Assembly: GCF_036365525.1 (NCBI RefSeq)
Contig: NC_090377.1
Span: 67,136,301-67,200,300, forward strand
Source: Heterodontus francisci
Taxonomy: Eukaryota
Direction of reading: 5' to 3'
DNA length: 64,000 nt
Below the pieces are notes generated by a model. That model made no database searches. It saw only the letters and a list, made by a program, of their open reading frames with translations, and was not told the DNA's origin. A program made the position numbers and the translations under genes. Below, in pieces: positions 25,500 through 38,228 of this stretch; the stretch's first letter is position 1; every line of letters starts with the position of its first letter.

Positions 25500-26235
25500 A
25501 TTGCTTTACTACATCCTGTAGATCATGCATGATGTCATTTCAGGGTGCTGTGGATTTGAGTCCAGTGGCAGGGGTAGCAATCAAACAAACTGCTGTTTCC
25601 TGGATGATGTTGATCTTCTTGAGTGTTGTGGCTGCACCCATTCAGGCGTGTTGCAAGTATTCCAGAAACTTCTAACTTGAGCCTTGTAGATAGTAGATAG
25701 GCCAGAAAGTACAGTTGTCGAAACAAAAACAACCTCAGCCCTGCCCTTATATCCACAATGTTGATATGGTTGGTCTACTTAAACTTCTGATGAGTGATGA
25801 ATCCTGTGCCGCCACCACCACAAAAACTGCCCAATACTCTACCAAAATGTTGATATTGGTAAATTTGGCAATGGCTCTGTTGAACGTCAGGGGGAGGTGA
25901 TTGGGTTTTCTCTTCTTCAAAATGATAATTACCTGGCACTTGTCAGCCCAAGTCTGAATGTTATAAAGACCCTGCGGTAAGCTGGTATGGGCTGCTTCAT
26001 TATCAGAGGAGTTGTGAATGGAGCTGCATACTGTGGAATTGTCGGGGTGCAGCCTCATTTTTGACTTTATGATGGAGGGAAAGCCATGGATAAAGCAGTT
26101 GAAGATGGTTGGGCCAATGACACTTCTCTGAGGAACTCCGGGTGTAATGTCCTTGAGTTACGATGATTAACCTGCCTTGATGGTAAAGGCAGCTACTCTC
26201 ACCAATCAATTCTTGTGGCCATATTTGCATCAAGG
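25500..26235 (-). mobile_element. Old copy of the CR1-group LINE (family of 1-2670)
   Basis: NIQTWADKCQV and NHLPLTFN motifs on the minus strand. Confidence 0.75.
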
Positions 26236-26404
26236 CTATGATGAATTCAGGATATTACTGTGCACAAACCTGATTCAGACCATTTGATTAAAGCGGTTAG
26301 AACCTGCTGCAAAAGGTAGTAAACAAATATTCACTGTTTATATATCACATTAATCCAGATAGCTATTTTATAATCTTATAACACTGAATAGAAATTAAGT
26401 ACAG

Positions 26405-27443
26405 TGTCGTGAAAACCCTACATGCCAAATAGGAAATATTAATTTCATTGGTTGGAACCTTGCCTTGGACTTTTACTGGAAATTCTTACAAATAACTTTC
26501 TAAAAAAGTAAACTGGCAGCCAAGATGGCTACTGCAATTTACATTTGAAACACCAAAGGGTTAGACTGGAGACAACACGACTGACTCAACCTAGCCAGAA
26601 CAATGGGGTGCTCTCTGATTAAATTACCTGAAATTACCTTAACAAGACAGTCTTCAGGTGCCATTGACTTTGAGAGAGCCAACCCCCACCAAGTGTGATT
26701 GGACAGCTTGAGGGGTAGAGCCTTGAATCTCAGAGAAGATTCCAGAAGGACCTCATTAACACCACAAAGTGGTTTGGTAATGTCATGTGACTGCTTGTGC
26801 AGCTCTATGAAGATTGTACGCTTTGTCAGACAGAAAGCAGAGAGGGGAGTAACTGAAAAGCCATCCACAGAGCAGCTCTCTCTCTCTCTTTCTCCAGTAA
26901 AGATCCAGAGAAGACCTGGCTGCAACTAGTAAAGTCTCAAGACTGCCATAGCCAACAATTAGGGGACAAGGATCAACCCCCCCACTACCCCTTCTGCCTT
27001 CCAGAGCCCTGAGAAGCAAGCCCGCAACCGTGTACGTGGCCCTGAGAGGACTTTAGGACTACAATTTCAACTGAGGACTCTGGGACTGATAAACTATTTA
27101 AATTCCATTTATTCTGGACCCTATTTCAACCACCAAAGCTATTTTTCCTCTGTGACCTATTTGTCTGTATGTGATTCTCGTGTGAATGTGTGCATAAATG
27201 TGTAGCATATTTTAGTAATTTTACCAGTTTAGAGTGTTAATAATAATAAACTTACATCTTTTTTGTTTAAACTCAAGAAAACCTGTCTGATTGGTTCTTT
27301 GGCAAATATATTAGAGGAACAGCAGCAAGTGCTCACTGAGGTGGTAAATTCAATTACTGTAAGAAGGATAAACTCTGTTGTGATCAAACCAGAGAAGGGG
27401 CGAAAGGGGGAGCCTGAGACCCCTTCCTCACCTGGCCGTAAAA
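26405..27443 (+). mobile_element. Solo LTR (Gypsy-like)
   Basis: Starts tgtcgtg, ends ggccgtaa(a)a, with AATAAA near 27245. The downstream block aagaaaacctgt is shared with 42450-42947. Confidence 0.6.
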
Positions 27444-28015
27444 ATATGATTCCTTCCCCCAAAGAAACATGCTCTCTATTTTTTTGTCATTACAGTCTCA
27501 GTCAATCAAGCTACATATCACGCCATTCAGAGTCATTTCTGATTGGTCAGAAGTGACATGGTAATTTAGGGGAGGATGATACCATTGTTTATGAAACAGA
27601 TTTATTTGTAATTATTTCCACAAAATAAACACATGAACTTAGTAAAAAAGGAAAGTGTATAAGCTGCCTGGCTTTCAGCCACATAGACAATCTTAAAACC
27701 TGTAATATTATATTTCATATTCTGGATAAAATGATTCAATATGTTCATTCCATCAACAATAGTTATGCTTTGTCTTAGCCAAACAATCAGAACCTAACTT
27801 TCTACACACAGGCATATTGCTGAAATGACATTTCAATTACAGTATTCTAAACACCAGCATGAGTGCTGTAAGGCTTTCATATACAAATATAAATAATTCG
27901 GAGTTTTGAAGTTATCAAGACTTGTCCAAAATTTGCTGCAGATACTGCTTCAGAGGTCAGCTATCTCATCCAGACATGTAGTCAGTATGCTTGTGGCCAT
28001 TGTGGTAGCATAGTT

Positions 28016-29344
28016 CTTTTGGGCCTCCTTATCTCGAGAGACAATGGATACGCGCCTGGAGGTGGTCAGTGGTTTGTGAAGCAGCGCCTGGAGTGGCTAT
28101 AAAGGCCAATTCTGGAGTGACAGGCTCTTCCACAGGTGCTGCAGAGAAATTTGTTTGTTGGGGCTGTTGCACAGTTGGCTCTCCCCTTGCGCCTCTGTCT
28201 TTTTTCCTGCCAACTACTAAGTCTCTTCGACTCGCCACAATTTAGCCCTGTCTTTATGGCTGCCCGCCAGCTCTGGCGAATGCTGGCAACTGACTCCCAC
28301 GACTTGTGATCAATGTCACACGATTTCATGTCGCGTTTGCAGACGTCTTTATAACGGAGACATGGACGGCCGGTGGGTCTGATACCAGTGGCGAGCTCGC
28401 TGTACAATGTGTCTTTGGGGATCCTGCCATCTTCCATGCGGCTCACATGGCCAAGCCATCTCAAGCGCCGCTGACTCAGTAGTGTGTATAAGCTGGGGGT
28501 GTTGGCCGCTTCAAGGACTTCTGTGTTGGAAATATAGTCCTGCCACCTGATGCCAAGTATTCTCCGAAGGCAGCAAAGATGGAATGAATTGAGACGTCGC
28601 TCTTGGCTGGCATACGTTGTCCAGGCCTCGCTGCCGTAGAGCAAGGTACTGAGGACACAGGCCTGATACACTCGGACTTTTGTGTTCCGTGTCAGTGCGC
28701 CATTTTCCCACACTCTCTTGGCCAGTCTGGACATAGCAGTGGAAGCCTTACCCATGCGCTTGTTGATTTCTGCATCTAGAGACAGGTTACTGGTGATAGT
28801 TGAGCCTAGGTAGGTGAACTCTTGAACCACTTCCAGAGCGTGGTCGCCAATATTGATGGATGGAGCATTTCTGACATCCTGCCCCATGATGTTCGTTTTC
28901 TTGAGGCTGATGGTTAGGCCAAATTCATTGCAGGCAGACGCAAACCTGTCGATGAGACTCTGCAGGCATTCTTCAGTGTGAGATGTTAAAGCAGCATCGT
29001 CAGCAAAGAGGAGTTCTCTGATGAGGACTTTCCGTACTTTGGACTTCGCTCTTAGACGGGCAAGGTTGAACAACCTGCCCCCTGATCTTGTGTGGAGGAA
29101 AATTCCTTCTTCAGAGGATTTGAACGCATGTGAAAGCAGCAGGGAGAAGAAAATCCCAAAAAGTGTGGGTGCGAGAACACAGCCCTGTTTCACACCACTC
29201 AGGATAGGAAAGGGCTCTGATGAGGAGCCACCATGTTGAATTGTGCCTTTCATATTGTCATGGAATGAGGTGATGATACTTAGTAGCTTTGGTGGACATC
29301 CGATCTTTTCTAGTAGTCTGAAGAGACCACGTCTGCTGACGTGG
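28016..29344 (-). mobile_element. 5'-truncated RTE-clade (RTE/BovB-like) LINE, very young
   Basis: Uninterrupted RT frame, short 3' UTR, and a perfect 101-bp flanking duplication (27915-28015 and 29345-29445). Confidence 0.95.
28066..29344 (-). CDS. RTE reverse transcriptase C-terminal part (5'-truncated, open frame)
   Basis: GVKQGCVLAPTLF, LLFADD, FTYLGS, LLYGSEAW, RLRWLGHV and C-terminal CxxC...HxxxC finger (CSTCGRACHSRIGLYSHSRRC). The frame stays open upstream of Met 29253 to the junction. Confidence 0.9.
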
Positions 29345-29419
29345 TCAAGACTTGTCCAAAATTTGCTGCAGATACTGCTTCAGAGGTCAGCTATCTCATC
29401 CAGACATGTAGTCAGTATG

Positions 29420-29825
29420 CTTGTGGCCATTGTGGTAGCATAGTTACTGGGTTAATAATCTAGAAGCTGAGATGAATAATCCAGAATCAAGAGTTCAAAT
29501 CGCACTGCAGCAGCTGGGAAATTTAATTTCAGTTAATTAAATAAAAAAAAGTCTAGTGTCAGTCATGGTGACCACCTAACAACTGAATTGTTGTATAAAC
29601 CCATCTGTTCATCTTTAGAGAAACAAATCTGCTGTGCTTATCTGGTCTGGCCTATATATGACTTTAGACTGACAGCAATGTGATTGACACTTTTAACTTC
29701 CTTCTGAAATAGCCCAGCAAGCCACTTAGTTGTGTTCAAGAAAGTATTACACCACCACCTTCTTAAGAGCAATTAGGGATGGGCCTTACCAGCAATACCC
29801 ACATCCTATGAATAAATAAAAAGAA
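29420..29825 (+). mobile_element. tRNA-derived SINE with Meta-domain-like core and the 3' tail of the CR1-group LINE
   Basis: B box gagttcaaatc, core acccatctgttc...tttagagaaacaaatctgctgtgcttatctggtctggcctatatatgact, and tail gcaattagggatggg...cccacatcctatgaataaa matching 2601-2665. Confidence 0.7.
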
Positions 29826-29974
29826 ATGGCAGGCCACCTAAGAATCAAAGTTTAAAATTGAAGCTTGTCAGTCATATCTTGATGCTTTCCTGCTGCTACC
29901 TTATTTCACTTTGATTTAGTTCCATCAGATATTTCTCTTGTGCAGCGTGCCAATGACCACTGCAGTAAGCAAGC

Positions 29975-30720
29975 CCTTGCACACTGTGAACTGAGGGAGT
30001 GCTGCACTGGTGGAAGTGCCCTTTTTCGGATGAGATGTTAAACCAAAGTCCATCTTCCCTCTCAGGTAGACATAAGAACAGAAGAATATATGAAATAGGA
30101 GCAGCAGTAGGCCACCTGGCACTTCTGGCCTGCTCTGCCATTCCACAAGATCATGGCTGATCTTTCACCTCAACTCCAATCACCTGCACTATCCCCATAT
30201 TCCTTAAATCCCTTAGTACCCAAAAATCTATTGACCTATGTCTTGAATATACTCCACAACTGAGCATCCACAGCTCTCTGGGATAGAGAATTCCAAAGAT
30301 TCACAATCCTGAGTCAGAATGTCATGAGTTCAAGTGCCACTGCGGGGACCTCAGCACATAATCGAGCTTGACACTTCTGTGAAATACTGAGAAGGTGCTG
30401 TCTTTCGAATGAGACATGAATCCGACATCCTGTCTTCACCCTCAGGTGGATGTAAAAGATCCATGGCACTATTCGAAGAAGAGAAAGTGGGTACTCCTCA
30501 GTGTCCTGAACAATATTCATCCCTCAACCAACATCAGTTAGAAAGATTATTTGGTCATTATCACTTTGCTGGTTCTGACACCTTGCTGCGTGCAAATCGG
30601 CTGCCATGTTTCCTACATTAAAACAGTGACTACACTTCAAAAGTACTTAATTGGCTGTAAAGGAATTTAGGATGGCTTGAGGTCATAAAAATGCTATATA
30701 ACTGAAAGCCTTCTCTTTCT
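29975..30720 (+). mobile_element. Deu-SINE copies (29975-30070 fragment; 30315-30720 near full length) separated by a minus-strand CR1 tail (30071-30314)
   Basis: Deu core gatgagatgttaaacc / caggtggatgtaaaagatccatggcactatt, L2-type tail, and reverse CR1 tail aggagcagcagtaggcca. Confidence 0.8.
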
Positions 30721-32484
30721 TTGTTGCTACAATTTGCTCACTGGAATTGATACAAGCCTGTTTATAGTCTCTTGGTGTTAGTTTATCTCAGCCGATAATA
30801 CTCAAGCTACTGAGAAACTTTTGCACACTTGTCAGGTTTCAATTTGGCCAATATCAAGTGCATAATCTCTCCATGTAAGGACACATTCTTGTTTACTGTA
30901 ATACTAAAAGCCGAAGTGCAAATTGGCAGAGCAAAGACTCAGGAATCCTCAACTGGGAGGGCTGGAGCTGAACCAGAGCAGACCACTGGTAAATCTATAG
31001 TTCCTTGTCTGGCTAGGATCATCCTATCCATTAGGATTGTATTAAGAAAAAGCCAGGTGCTATAATGGGAAGACAATGGAGTTTATAGTTTGGTAGGATT
31101 AAGTCAAATGGGGTAAAATATCTTCATACAAAACTATCTTGTGATCACACGTACAAATGACCTTTAGCTGAATGGCAACTTAGCTTATCTTCTGTTGGTC
31201 TCAGAGCAGTGAATCACTGAAGCTCAGCAGCACACATAAGAAGACAATTTCATTTGGTCCCCGATGAGATGCTACAGCTGTGCATTTGTGGGATGAAGAT
31301 ATCGCCAAGAAAAGGAAAACAATTAAGACACCTGCTGACAGCCACTTATAGAGCAGGATTGAATGCAATTATGGGCAAGACGATGGAGCAAGCTACTAGT
31401 TTTAAGCAGATGAGTATCTTCCCAAGGAAAGATAAAGAGGAACATAATTTAGAAGTTTTTTTTACTCTATTTTGAATCACCAATCAACTTGCACTAATAG
31501 CAAATTATACATGCCTTTCAAAAATTATTTGCGGAAAAAACCTTTGAGATACAGTCCAACGCCGTCTTTCGCATATATACTTCAACAATCCCCCCAATGG
31601 CATACCGATCAAACACATAGTGAGACAAGACTTCACAGCAATCAATACGCCCCCAATAAAGTAAGCATATAAAACTGCAATTACGATCGAACTCATTTAC
31701 TTCAGTTAGTACGACTTGTCTTTGACAAACTGAGCATGCTACACTTCCCCACATAAGCAGGTTGTCTGATTTGACTTGAGCAAAATGGTTCCTAACTACC
31801 CTCTCTTGTGTTCCATCCTTTTCAGTGCTCTTTCTGCCTCACTGCCTGTGCCTGACTCTATCTACATTTATCTCTTGTGGTTCATAGCCAGAAAAGGAGA
31901 GCCAGCCAGATCCCTTGCTGAACACCCTGGACCAGCAATTCTCCAACACAATGGCTGTGAGTCATTTATCAAATATTAAGACAAGCTAGTGAACAACTCA
32001 TCACCAACAGTGCATAAGGAAACAACATCAAAGCTAGCTCATTAGCATCTGAACAGCCTATCATCTCAGAGCCTACTTTTTAAACTTGTGTGAAAACAGT
32101 GTGTTTTAAACAGGATATTTAAAGGGAACTTTTTTGAACCAAAACAGATCAATGGTTAAAAGATCACTTTGGCAGATGGGAGTTAAATGAGAAAGGGAAA
32201 GCAAATGCAGCATGGCATAAGAGATTTGCTGAAACTAACACAACACACAATATCCAGACCTAGAACAGAGTTTCTGCTCTTATCAAAAGAAAATCTTGCT
32301 ATAATTGGATTCAATGGACTGCTTCTGACATAAAAGATGGAATTTTAACCCACCCTGCCCAATGGGCGTGTAGAAGGGGCATAGTTAATATGGTTGTTAA
32401 AGACTTAATGTAGGCACCATTTTAATTAGATGGTTTGTTAGGCAACCATGGTGCCCATCGGAGTCTGGGAGAGAGTCTCATGAA

Positions 32485-33735
32485 CAACTATTTATATCTA
32501 TATAGCGGCTTTCATGTAATAAAACACTCCAAAGCACTTCACAGGAGCATTATAAAACTAAGTACGACACCAAGCCATAAAAGGAGATATTAGGTCAGAT
32601 GAGGTTGGTGTGAAGGAGTTTCTTAAAGGAGGAAAGTGAGGTGGAGAAGTGGAGAGCTTTCGGGATGGTATTCCAGAGCTTGGGGCCTAGGCATCTGATA
32701 GTGCGGCCACCAATGGTGGAGCAATTAAAATCAGGAATGCACAAGAGGCCAGAATTAAGAGGAGTGCGGATATCTTGGAGGATTGTGGAGCCGGAGGAGA
32801 TTACAGAGATCGAGAGGGGTGAGGCCATGGAGGGATCTAAAAACAAGAATGAGAATTTTAAAATTAAGACGTTGCTTGACTGGGAGTCAACCTAGGTCAG
32901 CAAGCATTGGGGTTAAAGAGGAGTGGGACTTGGTGCAAGTTAAGACACAGGCAGCAGAGTTTTGCATGACCTCAAGTTATAGAGAATGAAATGTGGAAGA
33001 CCAGCCAGGAGTGTACTGGAATAGTCAAGTCTAGAGGTAGCGATGGCATGAATGGGGGTTTCAGCAGCAGATGAGCTGAGACAGGGGCGAAGTCAGGCGA
33101 CATCATGAAGGTGGAAATAGGCGGCCTTAGTGATGGCACGAGCCTAAGGTCGGAAGCTCATCTCGGGGTCAAATATGACACCAAGGATGTGCACAAACTG
33201 GCTTAATCTCAGACTCTTGCTAGGGAGAGGGATGGTGTCAGTAGATAGGGAAACGGAGTTTGGAGCAGGGAAAGAGGCTTCAGTCTTCCCAATATTTAAT
33301 TGGAGAAAATTTCTGCTCATCCAGTACTGGATGTCAGATAAGCAGTCTGATAAGTTCGCAACAGTGGAGGAATCGAGACAAGTGGTGGTGAGGTAGAACT
33401 GAGTGTTGTCAGCTTACATGTCAAAACTAAGGCTGTTCTTTTGGATGATGTCTCCAAGGGGCAGCATATAGATGAGAAATTGGAGGGGGTCAAGGATAGC
33501 TCCTTGGAGGACACCAGAGGTAATGGTGCAGGAGCAGGAAGAGAAATGCAAGTGCTTCTCTGGCTATAATTAGATAGATAAGAATGGAACCAGGTGAGAG
33601 CAGTCCCACCCAGCTGGATGACAGCAGAGAGGCATTGGCGGAGGATGGTGTGGTCAACCCTGTCAAAGGCTGCAGACAGATCAAGAAGGATGAGGAAGGA
33701 AAGTTTATCTTTGTCACAGTCACAATGGATGTCGT
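32485..33735 (-). mobile_element. L2 LINE 3' ~1.25 kb
   Basis: Reverse L2 terminus and RT remnants ([34 protein letters not shown]). Confidence 0.88.
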
Positions 33736-34195
33736 GAAGAAGTGCTAATTAGAGTCTTATGGTGTCCATAGAATCCCGATGGCATTTTAATGGCCTGTTA
33801 AGCAGGGCATCTCCTGCAGCAGTCCCACTCAGTGAAAGCTGGTAGGAAAGAAGAGGAGGTCTCCGAAACAAAAACAGGAGTGCTCCTCTGGACCCCACAA
33901 GGAATCTGGACATCAGCTGACCTAGGATCCCCTTCCACTTCCCACTCATGAAACAACACCAAATCACCTCCCTGAACCCACCCTGCACCATACCTGGTTG
34001 ACACAGACAGTCTCCAGCAGCTGTGATATTGACCTGCCCACAGCCAGGCAGCTGTCTCTTTCAAACTGTTTTGGGTGGGTAGCTAGCCGGAGTGATTTAA
34101 ATGAGGCCTGCCAGCTATGGCCTCCCATGGAGGCTCCAGAGCAGGAAGATCACTTGCTCCACCTGACTTACTACCTGGGTGATCAAAATCCACCC

Positions 34196-34811
34196 GGCCA
34201 TGGGGAAGAGACTGTCGCCCACCTCTGTCTGGAATGTGCCTTTGTAAAGCAGGTCTGGAAAGAGATGCAGTAGTTTTTGTCCAGGTTCACTCTGAGCAGC
34301 TCTAGAATACAGGACTCTGCTTTACAGGCTGTTCCCAGGGACACACACCAAGATAAACATTAACTGCTGCTAGTGGACCATCAACTCAATGAAAGACGTA
34401 CTTTGACCTGCCGAAACTTGCTGGTCTTCCGGTGCTAAGAGCTGACCACGACCGAGTGTTGCAGGCTGGCACATTCCAAGGTCCAGGACTATGTGCTGAT
34501 GGACGCACTAAAGCTTGGGGCAGCCGTCGCCAAGGCTCAATGGGGAAAGGCCACTATGTAAGGCCCTCCCACCATAGTATACTGAGGGGCTTGAACCTGT
34601 GTAAAACCCCTCAGGCTATATGCACTGGAGAATATTTTACATGAAATGTAAATATACAATGTAAATATAACCTGTAATGGCAAGTGTTGTGAAGCACCTC
34701 ATGTACTGTATTGAAAGAAACCGATCTGTATTGCATTTTATGTAATGTCAAATTTGAACTGTTATGTAATGTAATTTTACAAATTTTATGAATAAAGTAT
34801 ATTTTTGGAAA
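34196..34811 (+). mobile_element. Tx1/L1-group LINE 3' end
   Basis: GEETVAHLCLECAF (zf-RVT CCHC), AATAAA plus A tail, TSD aaaatccaccc / aaaatccactc. Confidence 0.85.
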
Positions 34812-35924
34812 AAAATCCACTCTGCTATATTTATGTAGCTTTTTAAAAAAATATATTTTGACACTGTGTGTAGTAGAATGTGGAAGATTACAGTTAAGGC
34901 ATCATGGTGGCGGGATAAGAATTTAACTCTCCTTGTTTAGTCAGAACAGAACAGGGAGCAGTTAAAATGGAGTGACTCCGTTGCTGCATATTTGCACTTT
35001 CAATTTCACTGGTTTTGGTCAGATAAGTCTCTGTCGGAATCACACAGGAGCGTTTTCCATTAATGCTAATTGAGGTCTATGATGTCAATAGGACCCAATG
35101 GTGTTCTAACTGGAACCTGAGCAGGGAATCTGCCTTGGCTTTCCTGGCAGGCTGAAGCAGGTCAGCAGCTGGTACAATGGACAACAAGGGGAATTACTCA
35201 TTGAAGCATGTCAGTAGTCTCTCAAACATTGTGACCAACTGTAAGAAGTAGGGATGTTAGTATTTATAGAGTCCTTATGCATATCTTAACACCATTACAA
35301 TCCATGATCAAATTTTACATTTTCTTTCTCTCAATCCCTATGATCAAGATTACTGAGAAATAAATCAGTGCTGACATATTAGAAATAAGGAAACCTTAAA
35401 CAACATCTTATCTACCAGAACCATATGTAATACAATTTTATCAACCAGGCAGAAATGCATAATTACAACCTGGATCAAGTATTCTTTCTTTTGAAGTAAA
35501 TTGAGAAGCTTTTCTTATAATGACTTTAGTATTGATAAATACTAGGCCCTATGCAAAGAATATCTTCATGCATCTTGTATTCAGGGAGACCAAGTCAAGT
35601 TAAAATCTATTTAGATCCATCCAAAATATTTCATGGTTAATAACTAAAGTAACTGTCTTGTTTACAAAGATGAAATAGTAGATTAGATTAGTTCAGGTTT
35701 GAACAAATATCTCTGAGAATTTATTATTCTCATGGAGAGAAACATTTGGAATAAGTAGGCAATAAAGAAAAATTATCCTGAGCAAGGCCCTGATTTTCAA
35801 AGAGTAATTAAATATGTGTCACAACTGAATAGTTTGTGTGAAAACCAAACAACAAGATAGATCAAAGATCTTTAAAACAAAATTGGAATGTTATTTGATA
35901 ACGAATGTAGTTGATGCTTCTCTT

Positions 35925-36435
35925 TTTTATTCATTCTCAGGATATGTGCATCACTAGCAGAGCTGACATTTATTGCCCTGCCTTAGTTTCCCTTGAGAAG
36001 GTAATGCTGAGCCCTCATTTTAAACTGCTGCAGTCCATGTGGTCAAGGGATTCCCACAGTGCTATTACGTAGAGTTCCAAGACTTTGACCCGGTGATAAA
36101 GGAATATATCCAAGTCAGGATGGTGTGTGACTTATAGAGGGGAGCATAGAGATGGTGGTGCTCCCATGCACCAGGTGCCTCTTCTAGGCTCTGGAGGTCA
36201 AGAGTCTTGGAAGTGCTGCTGGAAAAGCCTTGTTGAGTTGCTTCAATGCATCCTGTAGATGGTATGTACTGCAGCCATGGTACACTGGTGGTGGAGCCAG
36301 TGGATGTTTAAGCTGGTGGATACCTTACCAAAATAGCACAGTACTTTGTCCTGGATGGTGTTGAGTTTCTTGGGGGTTATTGTAGCTGTACCCATGCAAG
36401 CAAGTGGAGCATATTCCATCACACTCCTGACCAAC
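35925..36435 (-). mobile_element. CR1-group LINE 3' end (family of 1-2670)
   Basis: VRSVMEYAPLACM...KLNTIQDK and the reverse-complemented tail. Confidence 0.8.
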
Positions 36436-36767
36436 GTAGCCCCTAATTTTTTTCTAGTGCACAGGGGATTTGTTTAAGTATGCAGGCCCTTTAATTTTTC
36501 TTGCATGGCTGTGCACAGGTGGTAATTTAAACAGGCAACTTTCAGGAACTTACCATCAAGTATAATACGCCTGTCCTCTTCTGCTTTGAATGCTGATAAC
36601 AGTAGTAGTGAAAAAGTTCCAAGATTTTTGTTACGCTCCAAAGCAGCAGACTGGTACAACGTCTCTGCATGTAACAGAAAATGCATAGGGGTAATGTTCA
36701 TATTTCAATAGCTAGTTCAATCCTAAATCATTAACACAGAAATACCAGCTGTTTGACAAATAAAATG

Positions 36768-36770
<3 letters not shown>

Positions 36771-36816
<46 letters not shown>
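36771..36816. repeat. (TA)n(GA)n microsatellite
   Basis: About 17 TA units followed by about 6 GA units. Confidence 0.95.
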
Positions 36817-38228
36817 AATGTATGGAATAAATCAAGTTTATACTGTTTGATAATTGAACTTTCTATTATAAAAATTGACAAAAATTACAGGAAATATGTG
36901 GTTGGTAACAGTCTTTAGTAACCTCTCCTGCTGTTCATTAAATCTTATCATGTGAGCTGTGTATCAATGATGGAATGTTCTCCACTCGTGAGGTACATTT
37001 AGTCATCAGTCAGGTGACTAAAAACTTAAGATTAGTCTTAAAAGTCTGACATAACACATCAATAATATATTAAGTTCAATACACAGGTCAGGGATTTCAT
37101 TGAAAACTCATTTCAAGTATCTAAATTACCTCTTACAGTTGGTGATGTTGTGATATGTATTTTCAAAATTGTAAGTGACACATTTCCCTGTTGCAGTCTA
37201 TGGCCTACACATAACTGCTATTTCATATTGAGAGTAGATCGCGCTGTGAATGAATCATCTGACCACAAGGTTCTCACAAATTGTTCAAAATGTTTACTGA
37301 TTTTTTCTTCATCCATCAGATTTTCTCAGTAACTGAGTGAAGTCCACTTTGGTAGGAAACATAAAAAAGCAGAATAATTTTTGAATGGTGAATGGAAATG
37401 TTTGCATTTGTCCTTATAAATGAATAACAGAAAGTTAACATGCAGGTACACCAAGCAATTAGGAAGGCAAATAGTATGTTAGCCTTTGTTAGAAAGGGAT
37501 TGGAGTATAAGAGTAAAGAAGTCTTACTACCATTATACAGGGCATTGGGGAGGCCACACCTTTTGCATCTTTGAATGCCTTATGTAAAGTTTTTATTTGA
37601 AGGTGTTAGTCTCTTCCAAAAGCCTGTATTGCACTTGACCTCTTTGCTCATTGTTGTGGGTCTATGAAGTGAATTTGGATTGTGCAGCCTGAGCATGTAC
37701 AGTGCACCTAATTTCCTGGATGAATCATATTGTACAGTTTCATTAGATTCCTAAAAATTTCTTCTAAAGACTAAAGGGATTCTCGATGGTATCCTGGCCA
37801 GTATTTACACATCAACATAACAGATTATCTGGTCATTATCACCTTGCTGTTTGTGGGATTGTGACGACAATTCAAAGATACTTAGTCAGCTGTAAACCAC
37901 TTCCAGACATCCTGAGATTGTGTCAGGTGCAATATAAATATAAGTCTTACTTTTCCTATTTTCAAAATCATCGAAAGAAGAATTAGAAGACAAATTTCAG
38001 CATCCTTATTCAGGTAAAATGTTTATGTTTTTTAAACAGAGAGGCCGTGTGGGTGTGTGTGTTAGAAAAAAAACAGACTGCTAATTACACGCCCAGTGTA
38101 CCTTTGTTTTGGAGCAAAGGAGTTGACTTTGATGTGAGTCCTCAAATTCTCCATCTCTCTACCTCTCTTTCCTCTTTTATGACACCCCTTAAAACTGACC
38201 TCTCACCTGTCCTACATCACCTTATGTG

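Noticed and set aside
31505-31696. 63-aa hydrophobic ORF as a small membrane protein
   Set aside because: No recognisable family, short, and equally long ORFs overlap it in other frames.
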